Positions 49,011 to 60,586 of a stretch of 64,000 nt of DNA are shown here, one piece after another (position 1 is the first letter of the stretch; every line of letters starts with the position of its first letter). A program made the translations under genes and the position numbers. Location of the stretch: NCBI GenBank assembly GCA_049840975.1, contig JASGIR010000069.1:4837-68836 (forward strand). The letters are read 5' to 3'. The DNA comes from Cyclobacteriaceae bacterium (GTDB lineage: Bacteria; Bacteroidota; Bacteroidia; Cytophagales; Cyclobacteriaceae). A model generated the notes under the pieces. It had not been told where the DNA came from, made no database searches, and saw only the letters and a program-made list of their open reading frames with translations.

Positions 49011-50364
49011 TTATTTGCTGAAGTGTTTGTAAAAAGTAATAATGGTTTCAATCCCCATCAGGAAATTCTTAATACCATAATGTTCATTGGGTGAGTGAAT
49101 GGCATCGCTATCCAATCCAAACCCCATCAGCACAGTATCTAAACCGAGTTCTTTTTTAAAGAGCGAAACGATTGGAATACTACCTCCATCACGCGTTGGG
49201 ATCGGAGCTTTTCCCAAACTTCAACAAAAGCATCACTTGCTGCTTTAAATGCTTTTGAGTCTGTTGGGGTAACGGCAGGTTGCCCACCGTGATGAGGCGT
49301 CACTTTTACTTTCACCGATTTTGGTGCAATCGACAAAAAATGTTTTGTAAACAGTTCCGTCATCTCCTGACTATCTTGATTCGGAACTAATCTCATGGAA
49401 ATTTTAGCGGAAGCTTTTGAAGGCAAAACAGTTTTTGCTCCTTCACCTGTATAGCCTCCCCAAATTCCATTCACATCAAGCGTTGGGCGAATTCCAGTTC
49501 GTTCAATAGTTGAATATCCTACTTCACCACGCACATCATCAATATTTAGATCTTTCTTGTATTCATTTAAATCGAACGGAGCTTCATTCAATTTTTTTCT
49601 TTCACCATCGCTCAGCGAAACAACCTTATCGTAAAATCCTGGAATCGTTACTTTACCATTTCCATCATGAAGGGATGAAATCGTCTGAGAAAGAACATTT
49701 ATTGGATTAGCGACAGCTCCGCCATAAACCCCAGAATGCAAATCGCGGTTAGGGCCAGTCACTTCTACTTCGAGATAACTTAATCCGCGGAGTCCCACCG
49801 TAATCGATGGATGCTCAGAGAAATCATGGCTGTGTCGGAAATCAAAATAACATCCGCTTTGAGTTTATTTTTGTTCTCTTTCACGAATGTTCCCAGATTG
49901 TCGGAACCAACTTCTTCTTCACCTTCAATCATGAATTTGATATTGCAGGAAAGTTGATTGAGTTTTGTCATTGCTTCAAATGCTTTGACGTGCATGTACA
50001 TCTGACCTTTGTCATCGCAAGAACCGCGCGCAAAAATTTTTCCGTCTTTTATAACAGGTTCGAATGGAGGTGAAGTCCATAAGTTGAGCGGATCGGGCGG
50101 CTGCACATCGTAGTGACCATAAACTAAAACTGTCGGCAGCGATTTATTAATTGTTTTCTCTCCGTAAACAATCGGATGACCTTTTGTTTCACAAAGCTCG
50201 ACAACATCAGCTCCTGCATCTTTTAATTTTTTGACAATGTATTCAGCAGCCTTGCGAACATCACCTTTGTGACGACTATCCGCACTCACAGATGGCATGC
50301 GCAATAAGTCGAACAACTCGTCAAGAAAGCGCTGTTGATTGGATTGGATATATTCTTTTATCAT
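49011..50364 (-). CDS. M20-family dipeptidase, split by two frameshifts (~49816, ~49215)
   Basis: YGHYDVQP, ARGSCDDKGQ, EGEEE, DLHSG, GGSIPIV and IHSPNE spread over three consecutive ORFs. Confidence 0.9.
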
Positions 50365-50420
50365 ATTCTTAATAAGTCAAACCAGTTATTCAAAAAAATT
50401 TCATTTTTGTCGGAAAATCC

Positions 50421-50727
50421 TTACAAAATATTTTTATAGTCTCTGGCTCCGTGTAAAATTCTAAAAACAAAAACGATGTTCTTTTTCACTTGATAAAAAA
50501 TCAAGTATGGGTCAATCAAAAGCACTCGATACTGTAATAATTTTAGTCTATGATCTCTTGCCATTCTACCAATCAAAGGATTCTCACTAAGACGGATAAA
50601 AGCACTTTCAAATTTCTCTGTCATTTTTTCTGCCGCCAAAGGCTGATCCTCAGCGATGAATTCTATGATTTCTAAAGAAATCCTCTTGAGCTTGAGGGAG
50701 AAGCCTGACCTCATGATTTCTTTTCAT
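50421..50727 (-). CDS. RelE/ParE-family toxin, frameshifted near 50675
   Basis: ATG 50727 gives MKRNHEVRLLPQAQEDF, which joins LEIIEFIAED...NPLIGR...YLIFY...RILHGARDY after removing one base. Confidence 0.85.
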
Positions 50728-50986
50728 TGATTTTTTTTCGGGCTTCTTTCAAAACATCTTGATATGATCTTCCCTTTTCTCCTGAATCGAATTGAGCTTG
50801 TGCAACTGATAATTTTGCAAACAAATCCAACTTGTCGCGTAGCTTACGATATTCGTGTATTGACAAAACAACTAAATCTCCTTCACCATTTTTTGTAATA
50901 TAAATGGGTTCGCTGACTTGGTGAGCCAGTTTAGAAATTTCATTGGATTTGTTCCTCAAATCCGATATAGGTTTAATAATTGCCAT
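50711..50986 (-). CDS. Phd/YefM-family antitoxin
   Basis: IKPISDLRN, EPIYITKNG.GDLVVLS; lies upstream of and overlaps the toxin. Confidence 0.9.
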   Translation of the reverse strand: MAIIKPISDLRNKSNEISKLAHQVSEPIYITKNGEGDLVVLSIHEYRKLRDKLDLFAKLSVAQAQFDSGEKGRSYQDVLKEARKKINEKKS

Positions 50987-50995
50987 ATATCAAAA

Positions 50996-51017
50996 TTATA
51001 TCATTATAATGATATAA
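50996..51017. promoter_or_regulatory. TA operator palindrome overlapping the -7 element
   Basis: Perfect 22-bp palindrome TTATATCATTATAATGATATAA; minus-strand TAATTTTG at 50991-50998. Confidence 0.75.
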
Positions 51018-51034
51018 ACTATATAACTCGTTTG

Positions 51035-52243
51035 CTATTTATACTCTACTGATTTATCATCTTTGAACAACACGGCAAACAAAATCATAAGCACTGTAGC
51101 AATAGCTGCTGGAATCAGCCAAATAGTTGACCATAAGTGACCATCGTCTGTTTTGTAGTTACCAACGATCTGTCCGGCTACCCAAAATCCAATGAACATA
51201 CCAGCGCCATAAGTGGCCAGTGTTATCAATCCTTGTGCGGCAGATTTATATTCTTCGCCCGCACGTTTGTCAGTATAAATTTGCCCCGTCACAAAAAAGA
51301 AGTCGTAGCAAATTCCATGGAGGATAATTCCCGAATACAAAAATGAAACTGTGTAGTCAGCAGGATTTCCAAAACCAAAAAGCAAATAGCGAAGGGCCCA
51401 TGCGCCCATGCCAATGAGTAACATTTTTTTGATTCCGAATCTGCGGAAGAATAGCGGCATCAAAATCATAAACAAAGTCTCTGAAGCTTGCCCTAAAGTC
51501 ATCTTCGCAGCCGCATTTGATAAGTTAACTTCATTTAGAAATTTGTTCGCTTCCTGATAATAAAACGCAAGTGGAACACAAATAAGCATTGATGAAATGA
51601 AGAACACCAAAAAATTCTTGTCTTTGAGAAGGTTCAATGCATCTGTACCAATAATTGCGTTCACATTAATTTTCTTTCCAGCGGAAGCCGGTGGGGTATC
51701 AGGTAAGAAGAAACTTAAGATTCCAAGCGCCAATGATGTCGCAGCCGTGAGTTGAAAAGTATTAACCAGTGAATTATTTTTTTCCCATTCGAGCCAACCG
51801 ATGATCAGGCCTGCTACAATCCAACCTATTGTTCCCCAAACACGTAACGTTGAAAATTCTTTTTCAGGGTTTGTCAACTGACGAAAAGAAACTGAGTTGA
51901 CTAGCGCCAGTGTTGGCATGTACAGAATCATGTATGAAAGCAAGTACGGATAAAACGATGTAAAATTGGTTTGCTGAGAAATGAAATACATCAAGCCTGC
52001 TCCTACCAAATGCAATACACCAAGAATTTTCTGAGCTGAGAAAAAGCGGTCAGCGATCAAGCCAACAATGAATGGGGCAATGATTGCTCCCAAGGATTGT
52101 GTGCCATACGCCATTCCATTTTCCGCATCAGTTGCACCCAAGGTTTTTGTCAGGTATGTGCCCATGGTGACAAACCAAGCGCCCCAGATAAAAAACTCGA
52201 GGAACATCATGGCAGAAAGTTGAATTCGAAGGAGTGGTTTCAT
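51035..52243 (-). CDS. MFS nucleoside:H+ symporter (NupG-like)
   Basis: MMFLEFFIWGAW, GLIADRFF, RVWGTIGWI, HGICYDFFFVTGQIY. Confidence 0.9.
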   Translation of the reverse strand: MKPLLRIQLSAMMFLEFFIWGAWFVTMGTYLTKTLGATDAENGMAYGTQSLGAIIAPFIVGLIADRFFSAQKILGVLHLVGAGLMYFISQQTNFTSFYPYLLSYMILYMPTLALVNSVSFRQLTNPEKEFSTLRVWGTIGWIVAGLIIGWLEWEKNNSLVNTFQLTAATSLALGILSFFLPDTPPASAGKKINVNAIIGTDALNLLKDKNFLVFFISSMLICVPLAFYYQEANKFLNEVNLSNAAAKMTLGQASETLFMILMPLFFRRFGIKKMLLIGMGAWALRYLLFGFGNPADYTVSFLYSGIILHGICYDFFFVTGQIYTDKRAGEEYKSAAQGLITLATYGAGMFIGFWVAGQIVGNYKTDDGHLWSTIWLIPAAIATVLMILFAVLFKDDKSVEYK

Positions 52244-52345
52244 TGATTTGAAATTTTTCCTTGAACGTAGAAAATAATTTTCAATTAGCCAATGAAATCA
52301 AATGCCAATGGGTTCTGAAAATAATTCGACTTCCGTCAAATATTT

Positions 52346-53347
52346 TCAATTACTGATCTTGACATTATACTTTGAGCCGGTAAAGATTTTTTGAGCTTCG
52401 GCCGTTTGCATGATTTGAGGCAGTGTTACATTGGAATTTCTCTTGGCATATTCATTAACCATTTGCCAGCCCACCCACGTACCAATCCGGCCAGGGCATT
52501 CATTTCCAATTTCAAAAGTTTTGGGGCGTTCATTAATAAATCGCTGCTTCAATTGCTGAGAGGTTGAGAACAACGCTTCATCTTGAATCAACCTCTTCCA
52601 AATTACATCCTGATTTACTTTTGCTCCGTCAATTTCTTTTTGCGTGTAGCCGATAAAAATACTGTCAGGCATGCAAGGCAACATATGCTTGGCAAAGTAA
52701 TACGCCTTTCCGTAAGTAATCATTTCTGCCAGGACGGTTCTGTCTTGTAGATTGATCGAATTAAAACGAGAATCAATTCCATACAATAACAGCGCTGATG
52801 GCACAATGAAATTCTTCTCGTATCTGCGCAACATATAATTGTGCATATAAGGACGATACCTTGCGTTCTTTCCTAAGAAATAATCCAGACCGATTATTAT
52901 CAGCGAATCACTTACGAACAAATCGCTTTCAAGTCCTGTGATAACCGTTTCAACTCGCGGTGCTTTAAAATCCGGATAATAATATTTGATGTTGGCGAAT
53001 GCCTGACGGAATTCTTCCTTGAGTGAGTTATCATCTCCAAAAACTTTCTTTGTTTCCGTTAAAAGTGTATCGAAAGAACGATGTGTAAATCGCTCGAAAA
53101 GTTGGTTTACAAAAATAGAATCGCTGGGGTAATTCCTTCTTCCAAAAAAAACATCACGCAATGCAACATGACGTGAAAAGAAATCAACTAATTGCTGTTT
53201 TGTTTGAATCTTGGTGATGGAATCCTCTAAAGATGTAAAATCAATATTAACGTTAATGTCGGGTGAGATCACACAACTTTCTTCAGAAGGCGAACAAGAG
53301 TATAAAACCGAAATTGTTAGAATCAGAAGGAGTATTCTTCGAGCCAT
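52346..53347 (-). CDS. gldB: Gliding motility lipoprotein GldB
   Basis: Lipobox LYSC; I.LDYFLG, MITYGK.YY, PGRIGTWVGWQMV. Confidence 0.82.
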   Translation of the reverse strand: MARRILLLILTISVLYSCSPSEESCVISPDINVNIDFTSLEDSITKIQTKQQLVDFFSRHVALRDVFFGRRNYPSDSIFVNQLFERFTHRSFDTLLTETKKVFGDDNSLKEEFRQAFANIKYYYPDFKAPRVETVITGLESDLFVSDSLIIIGLDYFLGKNARYRPYMHNYMLRRYEKNFIVPSALLLYGIDSRFNSINLQDRTVLAEMITYGKAYYFAKHMLPCMPDSIFIGYTQKEIDGAKVNQDVIWKRLIQDEALFSTSQQLKQRFINERPKTFEIGNECPGRIGTWVGWQMVNEYAKRNSNVTLPQIMQTAEAQKIFTGSKYNVKISN

Positions 53348-53379
53348 AAATTCAAAAATGATAACGCTGGTTAACCTTG

Positions 53380-54550
53380 TTATTGATATTCAAAAATTCC
53401 TATTGAACTTTTGATGGTGACTTTCTTTGTGGATGCAGCCTCAACACGTCCAATTATTTTTGCATCTATTCCAAATTTTTTGGAAATCGGAAATCACTTG
53501 TTGAGCTAAACTTTCGTTCAAATAAATTTCCATCCGATGCCCCATATTGAACACTTTGTACATTTCCATCCAATCAGTGTTGCTACAATCATGGATGATG
53601 TTAAACAACGGAGGCACATCAAATAAATTATCCTTGATCACGTGAAGCTGATCAATGAAGTGAAGCACTTTTGTTTGTGCTCCTCCACTGCAATGCACAA
53701 GCCCATGGATTTGATGACGCATCTCTCTTAGAACTTCGGTCAAAACAGGTGCATATGTGCGTGTTGGAGAAAGTACGAGTTTGCCAATGTTTACAGGAAC
53801 TCCAGAGATAGTATCCGTTACTTTATATTTTCCAGAGTAGACTAAATTACTTGAGACTTCTCCATCGTATGACTCTGGATATTTCGTTGCATACTCTTTA
53901 TGAAAAACATCGTGACGCGCTGAAGTAAGTCCATTGCTGCCCATTCCACCGTTATATTCTTTTTCATAAGTGGATTGACCAAATGAAGCTAAGCCAACAA
54001 CAACATCACCCGCTTTAATATTTTTGTTGTCAACTACATCAGCACGTTTCATTCTTGCTGTGACTGTACTATCAACAATTATCGTTCTCACCAAATCGCC
54101 AACATCTGCTGTTTCTCCTCCTGTGCTTCTGATCTCCAAACCATTATTGCGCAGCATTTCCAAAACTTCTTCTGTTCCATCAATGATTTCAGAAATAATT
54201 TCTCCAGGAATTCTATTTTTATTTCTACCAATAGTTGATGAAAGGGCAATTGGTCCCGTTGCTCCAACACAAAGAAGATCGTCTACATTCATGATGATAG
54301 CGTCTTGCGCAATACCACGCCAAATTTTTTTATCACCAGTTTCCTTCCAATAAATATAGGCGAGTGATGATTTTGTTCCAGCGCCATCAGCATGCATGAT
54401 GGTACAGTAATCTTTGTCGTTTGCTAAAAGGTCAGGAACGATTTTACAAAATGCCCTCGGGAAAAGTCCCTTGTCAAGATTTTTGATGGCTTGGTGAACA
54501 TCCTCTTTGCTTGCGGAAACTCCGCGTTGCGTATAGCGATCTGTCGACAA
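53380..54550 (-). CDS. purM: Phosphoribosylformylglycinamidine cyclo-ligase (Bacteroidota type); frameshift near 53490
   Basis: RGVSASKEDVH, HADGAGTKS, GGETADVGD, EMYKVFNMGHRME; the C-terminus ISKKFGIDAKIIGRVE is in another frame and ends at 53380. Confidence 0.9.
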
Positions 54551-54556
54551 TTGGTA

Positions 54557-55346
54557 TTACTTTAATTTAACTGGGATGAATAAATAGCCAGGTGTTGCAA
54601 AAGGATTGTATTGATAGCCACTAGGGCTATAGTACATTGGATTTTGGCTTCCATATGCTCCACGTCTATAACCACTGTTAGGTCCAAAACCACTGGCATT
54701 CTGATTGGTATTCTTAATTTGAGTTTGCATTTTTCCGGTCTCAAATTCGACACCAAGAATCTCAACTTCGCTTTTATTAATACGAAGAGATTTAAAAGGG
54801 ATCTTTGCTTCGTATATATACGAGCCGTCATCTTGAGCAACAATTATCGCTTCCATTCCGTTGGCCAACCCAAGCCGGCTAGAAACAATATTCTCTTTTG
54901 CTAGGCCAATCAATTCGACAACTTCAACATCGCTAATCAAATCCTTTTTCATTGTGATTAATGCATCTCTACTGTCGTCACCATGTGCAGTCTCATTTTT
55001 ATCTTTTTTTTAATTCACTCTCGTCTTTTCCTATTGGATATTTCAGCCCCACCTTACCTTTTCTTTTACCACTTAGATTTAGTTTTACCGAGAAGCCAAA
55101 CAAGCCAATTTTTTGTTGAGTGACATCGTCAGCGATTTTTAAACGGATGTATAAATTCTCAGCATCATTGCCAACGTTGGAAAGGAACTTTCCATCGGGA
55201 TCAAGCCACCGTTCCGACTGCCAGTCGTCCACATTGCCATCAATAACAGGAGGCTTTTCAAATGAAACACTCTCTTTCAAACCTTTTTGCGCCATTAAAC
55301 TGTTGGCCAAAAGGGCAAAAAAAACCACAACTCCATGCTTTATCAT
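54557..55346 (-). CDS. Exported hypothetical protein, probably one gene split by a frameshift near 55000
   Basis: N-part has a signal peptide, PVIDGNVDDW and NDAENLYI; C-part has YEAKIPF (sugar-binding/DOMON-like pattern). Confidence 0.6.
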
Positions 55347-55397
55347 AACTCCATTTTTTCAATCCAAAATTAATGAAACCCTTCTATCGGATTCGAA

Positions 55398-55931
55398 TTA
55401 TTTTAAACTCAATTGAGAGAAGAAATGCCAGACAACAATACCTGCACAGACCGAAATATTGAGCGAGTGTTTAGTGCCTATCTGGGGAATTTCGATAGCC
55501 GTGTTAGCCATTTCTATCACAGACTCACTCACGCCATTTACTTCGTTTCCAAAAACAAGAGCGTATTTGTGACTTTCTTTCGGAATGAATTTTTGCAAAG
55601 GAAGGCTTTCAGTGGTCTGTTCAATAGCAATGATTTGATAACCGTTTTCAATCAGCCGCTTAACAATTTCCTCTGGTTTCTCGGCATATTCCCAAACAAC
55701 TGAGTCGGTAGATCCTAGGGCCGTTTTGTGAATCTCACGATGCGGAGGTGTTCCGGTGATCCCGGTTAAAAAAATTTTTTCTATACGAAAAGCATCTGCC
55801 GTTCGAAAAACTGAGCCAACATTATGAAGACTCCTTACATTATCCAAGACAATACAAATCGGTAGTTTGTCTGCTTCTTTGAATTGGTCAACTGAAATCC
55901 GACCTAGTTCTTCGAGTTTAAGTTTTTTCAT
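55398..55931 (-). CDS. SpoU/TrmH family RNA methyltransferase
   Basis: LDNVRSLHNVGSVFRT, FGNEVNGV, IPQIGTKHSLNIS. Confidence 0.92.
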   Translation of the reverse strand: MKKLKLEELGRISVDQFKEADKLPICIVLDNVRSLHNVGSVFRTADAFRIEKIFLTGITGTPPHREIHKTALGSTDSVVWEYAEKPEEIVKRLIENGYQIIAIEQTTESLPLQKFIPKESHKYALVFGNEVNGVSESVIEMANTAIEIPQIGTKHSLNISVCAGIVVWHFFSQLSLK

Positions 55932-56785
55932 TTCAAGATATTCATCTGCCCAACTAGCGCAACAACTTCTTTTGCTTCGCGCACATCATGAACTCTTAAA
56001 ATGGAAGCGCCCTTTAGAAGTGCGATAGTATTCAAAGATGTGGTGCCGTTGAGTGCTTTTTCAGGTTCTGTTTTCAAAGTTTTCCAGATCATCGACTTTC
56101 GCGAAAGACCAACTAAAATTGGTTTCTCCAGAATCTGAAAATATTCCAAGTCATTTAATAGTTCAAAATTTTGCTCAATTGTTTTAGCAAAACCAAAACC
56201 TGGGTCTACGATAATATCTTCAGTTCCGAATTGTTGAAGTTGGAAAATTTTCTGATGAAAAAAATCTGTGATTTCTTTTGTCAGGTTTTCGTAGTTAGTA
56301 AGCTTGTTCATGGTTTGAGGATTCCCACGACTATGCATTAAAATATACGGCACTTTCAATTTTGAAATAGCGCTGAACATCAACGCATCAAGTTCACCAC
56401 CAGAAATGTCATTGATCATTAACGCACCTGCAGCTATTGCATCTATAGCTACAACAGACCGAAAAGTGTCAACCGAAATAATTGCATCCGGGAATTTCTT
56501 TTTAACATATTCTATGGCTGGCAAAATCCTTTTCTTCTCTTCATCAACAGAAATTTCTTCAGCTCCTGGCCTGGTTGAATATCCTCCAATATCAATGAAA
56601 TCAGCCCCTTCGACTAACATTTTCTCGGTCTGCTTTAGGATTGCGACTTCATCTGTATATCGAAATCCATCATAAAAACTATCGGGGGTAACATTAAGAA
56701 TGCCCATAATTTTTGGCTCACTCAAATCCATCAGCTTACCGCCAACATTCAGTGTTTTGTTGCCCGAAAATATTTTACTTTGCAT
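55928..56785 (-). CDS. folP: Dihydropteroate synthase
   Basis: MGILNVTPDSFYDG, STRPG, DPGFGF, SRKS, LRVHDV. Confidence 0.96.
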   Translation of the reverse strand: MQSKIFSGNKTLNVGGKLMDLSEPKIMGILNVTPDSFYDGFRYTDEVAILKQTEKMLVEGADFIDIGGYSTRPGAEEISVDEEKKRILPAIEYVKKKFPDAIISVDTFRSVVAIDAIAAGALMINDISGGELDALMFSAISKLKVPYILMHSRGNPQTMNKLTNYENLTKEITDFFHQKIFQLQQFGTEDIIVDPGFGFAKTIEQNFELLNDLEYFQILEKPILVGLSRKSMIWKTLKTEPEKALNGTTSLNTIALLKGASILRVHDVREAKEVVALVGQMNILK

Positions 56786-56794
56786 CCTTTATTT

Positions 56795-57332
56795 ATGAAT
56801 TCTAAAACTATCCACGAATATAAAGAGGTGATGGCGGCTTGCAAAAAGCTGTTTTCACAAAAGACTCACGACTACGGCACCGCTTGGCGAGTGCTTCGAT
56901 TACCAAGTATTACTGATCAAATTTTTATCAAAGCTCAGCGCATCAGAAGTATTCAAGAAAAAGGGAACGCAAAAAGTTCAGGATGATATCAAAGATGAAT
57001 TTATCGGGATTATCAATTATTGTTTGATCGCAATGATTCAGATGAACCTCCTTGATTCCGACAAAACTGAGATGAGTTTTGCTGAGCTAGAACCACTTTA
57101 CGATAAAGCCGCAACTGAAACTTTTGAGCTTCTTGAAAATAAAAATCATGACTACGATGAAGCTTGGCGTGACATGCGTGTGAGCTCAATGACTGACATA
57201 ATTCTTATGAAATTGTTAAGAGTGAAACAAATTGAAGACAATCAAGGTAAGACGTTGGTGAGTGAAGGCATAAAAGCCAACTATCAAGACATGATTAACT
57301 ACTCAATTTTTTGTTTGATAAAGCTAAAGTAG
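56795..57332 (+). CDS. DUF1599 domain protein; frameshift near 56965
   Basis: Two halves with K.HDYG.AWR and KNHDYDEAWR repeats. Confidence 0.82.
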
Positions 57333-57342
57333 GTTCTTACAC

Positions 57343-58450
57343 ATGCAGAAATTTTTCGATCAATTCTCACGCTTCTTTGTTGGAGCACTCTTCATTTTTT
57401 CAGGGCTCATTAAGTTGAATGATCCCATCGGTACACAGATAAAAATGGAGGAATATTTTGAAGTGTTTGCTGATGATTTCGGTTCATTCTTTCATCATTT
57501 TATTCCATGGTCGCTCGAGATCGGAATGATTATGATCGTACTTGAATTAGCCCTTGGTGTTGCCATCCTCGTTTTCTGGCGAATGAAATTGACAGGCTGG
57601 ACGCTCCTTTTGTTAATGCTATTCTTTACATTCCTGACTTTCTACTCGGCCTATTTCAATAAGGTAACTGACTGCGGTTGCTTTGGCGATGCGATTAAAC
57701 TTACACCTTGGGAATCGTTTACGAAGGATGTTGTGCTTATGGTTTTTGTTCTTCATTTGTTTTGGTACAAGCACAATTATGTACCAGTTCTTCGTACACG
57801 CGAAGGTGATGCCTTGGTCATTGCGACCGTTTTGATTTGTACTTTTCTAGGGATTCGTGCCATTAATCATTTGCCCTACATTGATTTCAGAGCTTATAAA
57901 GTTGGTAATGTAATTCCTCAGCAGATGTTGCCTCAGAGTAACCGATCATTGAATACACTTTTGAAAAAGACGGGAAAGGAAATTAAGTCACAGAAATATT
58001 TGACTGAGGCTGGTTATAAATACGTTTCATCCAAAGTATTAAACGAAAGCAAAATAAAACCAAAAATCACCGACTATAGTGTAACAACACCTGAAGGCGA
58101 AGATAAAACCGAATATACTTTTCAAGAAAATCGACTGTTGATTGTAATCACAAACGCAGATAAGGCCTCGGCAAAAAACATCAGCGCGATAAGAGAACTC
58201 ACACAAAAGCTTGAAGGCAAAGTAGACTGTTTTATTTTGACATCATCTACAGTAGAGTCTATAGAAAAATTCAGACATGAAAATAACTTAGCTGTTCCCT
58301 ATTATTTTGTGGATGCAACGGTTTTGAAAACGATAATCCGCTCCAACCCAGGAATCGCCTTATGGCAGCATGGAAAAGTATTAGGTAATTGGCATCATAA
58401 CGATGCACCTACAGCTGAAGAAGTTCATGAAACTCATTTCCGTATCAATG
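57343..58450 (+). CDS. DoxX/BT_3928-like membrane protein (local frameshifts; end approximate)
   Basis: FSGLIKLNDP.G, VTDCGCFGDAIKLTPW, DFRAYKVG, LKTIIRSNPG. Confidence 0.8.
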
Positions 58451-58958
58451 AAAATCTTTCTGATTGTTATTACCCGGTTCAGGAAATACTTCTCTCGGGA
58501 AAAGAGTTAGCAAAAAACTAAATCTCCCTTTCGTTGATTTGGATTTAGAGATTGAAAAACGAGAAGGAAAAAAAGTTCAGGAAATCTTTGCTGAACGAAG
58601 GGAGAACTATTTTTCGAAGAATTGAATCAGAGGTTCTAAAAAAACTAAGTTCGGAGAAGCTTGATTTTGTGATGGCTACTGGAGGTGGTGCTCCATGTTT
58701 CTTCGATAACATCAGCGAGTATGAATCTTTCTGGTAAAAGCAATTTTCCTAGATATCCCTACCGATGAAATTATAAGAAGATTGAAGATGGAAAATCTTG
58801 AGAAGCGTCCCTTATTTGCCCGATTGAATCAGGATCAACTCATTCGAAGCTTGAATCTCTCCGATCTGAACGAATTAAGTTTTTACGAGCAATCTCAATC
58901 CATTTTTTCAGGAGCAAATATTTCAGTTGAAGAGATTTTTTTAGCTATCAAAGATTGA
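58448..58958 (+). CDS. aroK: Shikimate kinase, multiply frameshifted
   Basis: Fragments MKIFLI..PGSG, LNLPFVDLD..IE, FRRIE, ATGGGAPCF and RPL in shifting frames. Confidence 0.8.
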
Positions 58959-60543
58959 ATCCAACTGTAACCATGACGGAGAAATTTCCATTTTTGGTGG
59001 AAACGATTTTACTAGCCGTTTGGCGAAACGGGATTATCATCAACATAGCGAACTGCTCCGCGGCTATAGGGAACATACGATGAGTTCCAAGTCGATTGAA
59101 TCAATCCTAAGTCAATAAAATACCTTTCCGTTCGATAGCCAACTTTACTAAAAAACTCGCTTAAGTTTATTGTCAACATTATTTTGAGTTGTGCTATAGG
59201 GATTAGGCATGTAATTGTATCCAAGACGAAAACGGAAATTATTGTAACGTATACTCACCACCGATTCTCACATTATAGACATTCTTAAAAAGAGCTTTTA
59301 CTTCTGTATTGTCGTTACCAAAATCATAAGGTGTATCAGAATTTGATCCAAAGCTGGAACGGCTGTAATTCACTTTTTCGATCTCAGCAGTAATCAAGCC
59401 GTGCTTTTTAATGAATACAGTTGCTCCTGCTCGGATCCTCCAGGGAGTTGTAAGCGAATACAAAAATGGAGTTTGATAGTAAATGGAATCTCTCCTTCCA
59501 AAAAGGGTTTTCGTGTTGGAAGGGTATGTTGCGTCATGATAAGTATATCCACCCCAGTTTGAGCTCATCGTAGCGTTATAGTCTTCGCTTATAATTGGGT
59601 AGGCTGTTGGTGTTGTCACTGATAGACCAAACTGAATGAAATCCTTAGGTTTAATTATAGTGCCTATTGTTGCGTTTACACCAGTGCCTGTGATGTGTAA
59701 ATTTTCTTCCAGGGCATAACCAGGTAGCGGACCGCTTGCAAAGGCTTCCGTATAAGTTTTTTTGGAAGTATAATTAAATGTTGGAATGCCAATAGCCGCT
59801 CCTAAGTAAATTTTGTCACTGAAGTTTATTCCATAGGCAAGGTTCCATTGATACTGAGCACCTGACGTCTGAATTTGCTCTCGTTGAAATGTACTCGCTG
59901 TGTTTGCATAAGTATGATACTTTGAAGAGTCACCTCCGGCATTGGTTTCACTTAATGGGCCAAACAAATAGTTATTGAACCCTAGCATGGGCAAAGTATA
60001 ATACAAGTAGCCTCCGCTTTGAAACTGACTTGGATAATAACTCTGATCGTAAGAATCTCCTTGCGGACTACTACTGTGAGCTATGAAATAATCAATCATT
60101 GAATTACTATTCGTTCCCTGATACGTCACATTCTGATTGAAATTGTTTGTGCGTGTAACCGAAATCGCAAAATTTCCAGAAATCAGTTTGCCCTTGTTGA
60201 GGTCATTGTGCAGAACAAGGCTGGCACCATTTAGATTGAAATTTCCTTTTGAGTCGGATGTTGTTGTGCCTAAATAACTAGATGACGAATTATAAAAGTT
60301 TGTACCGAGAGAAATTGTAGCTTCACTCTTATTGAAAAAACCAAGTCCAGCGGGATTTGAAAATGCCGTGCTGTAGTCTCCGCCCAAAGCAACCTGAGCT
60401 CCGCCCATTGCTTGTACGCGAGCACTACCGCCAGAATTAAATCGGCTAAAAATCAATGACTCTTCAGCATATGTTTGGGCAAATGTTCTCAAAGAAATGA
60501 GCACAAGAATACCGCTCAGCATTAAGCCGACATTTTTTTTCAT
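58948..60543 (-). CDS. FadL/OmpP1-family outer-membrane barrel ('hemin receptor' type); C-terminus frameshifted
   Basis: GSARVQAMGGA..ALGGD.S...NPAGLG; the continuation after 59240 ends VMVTVGFNL* at 58948. Confidence 0.82.
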
Positions 60544-60586
60544 AGCAATAATTTAAATCAGATAGAAAGACGAAATAAGAATAGGG

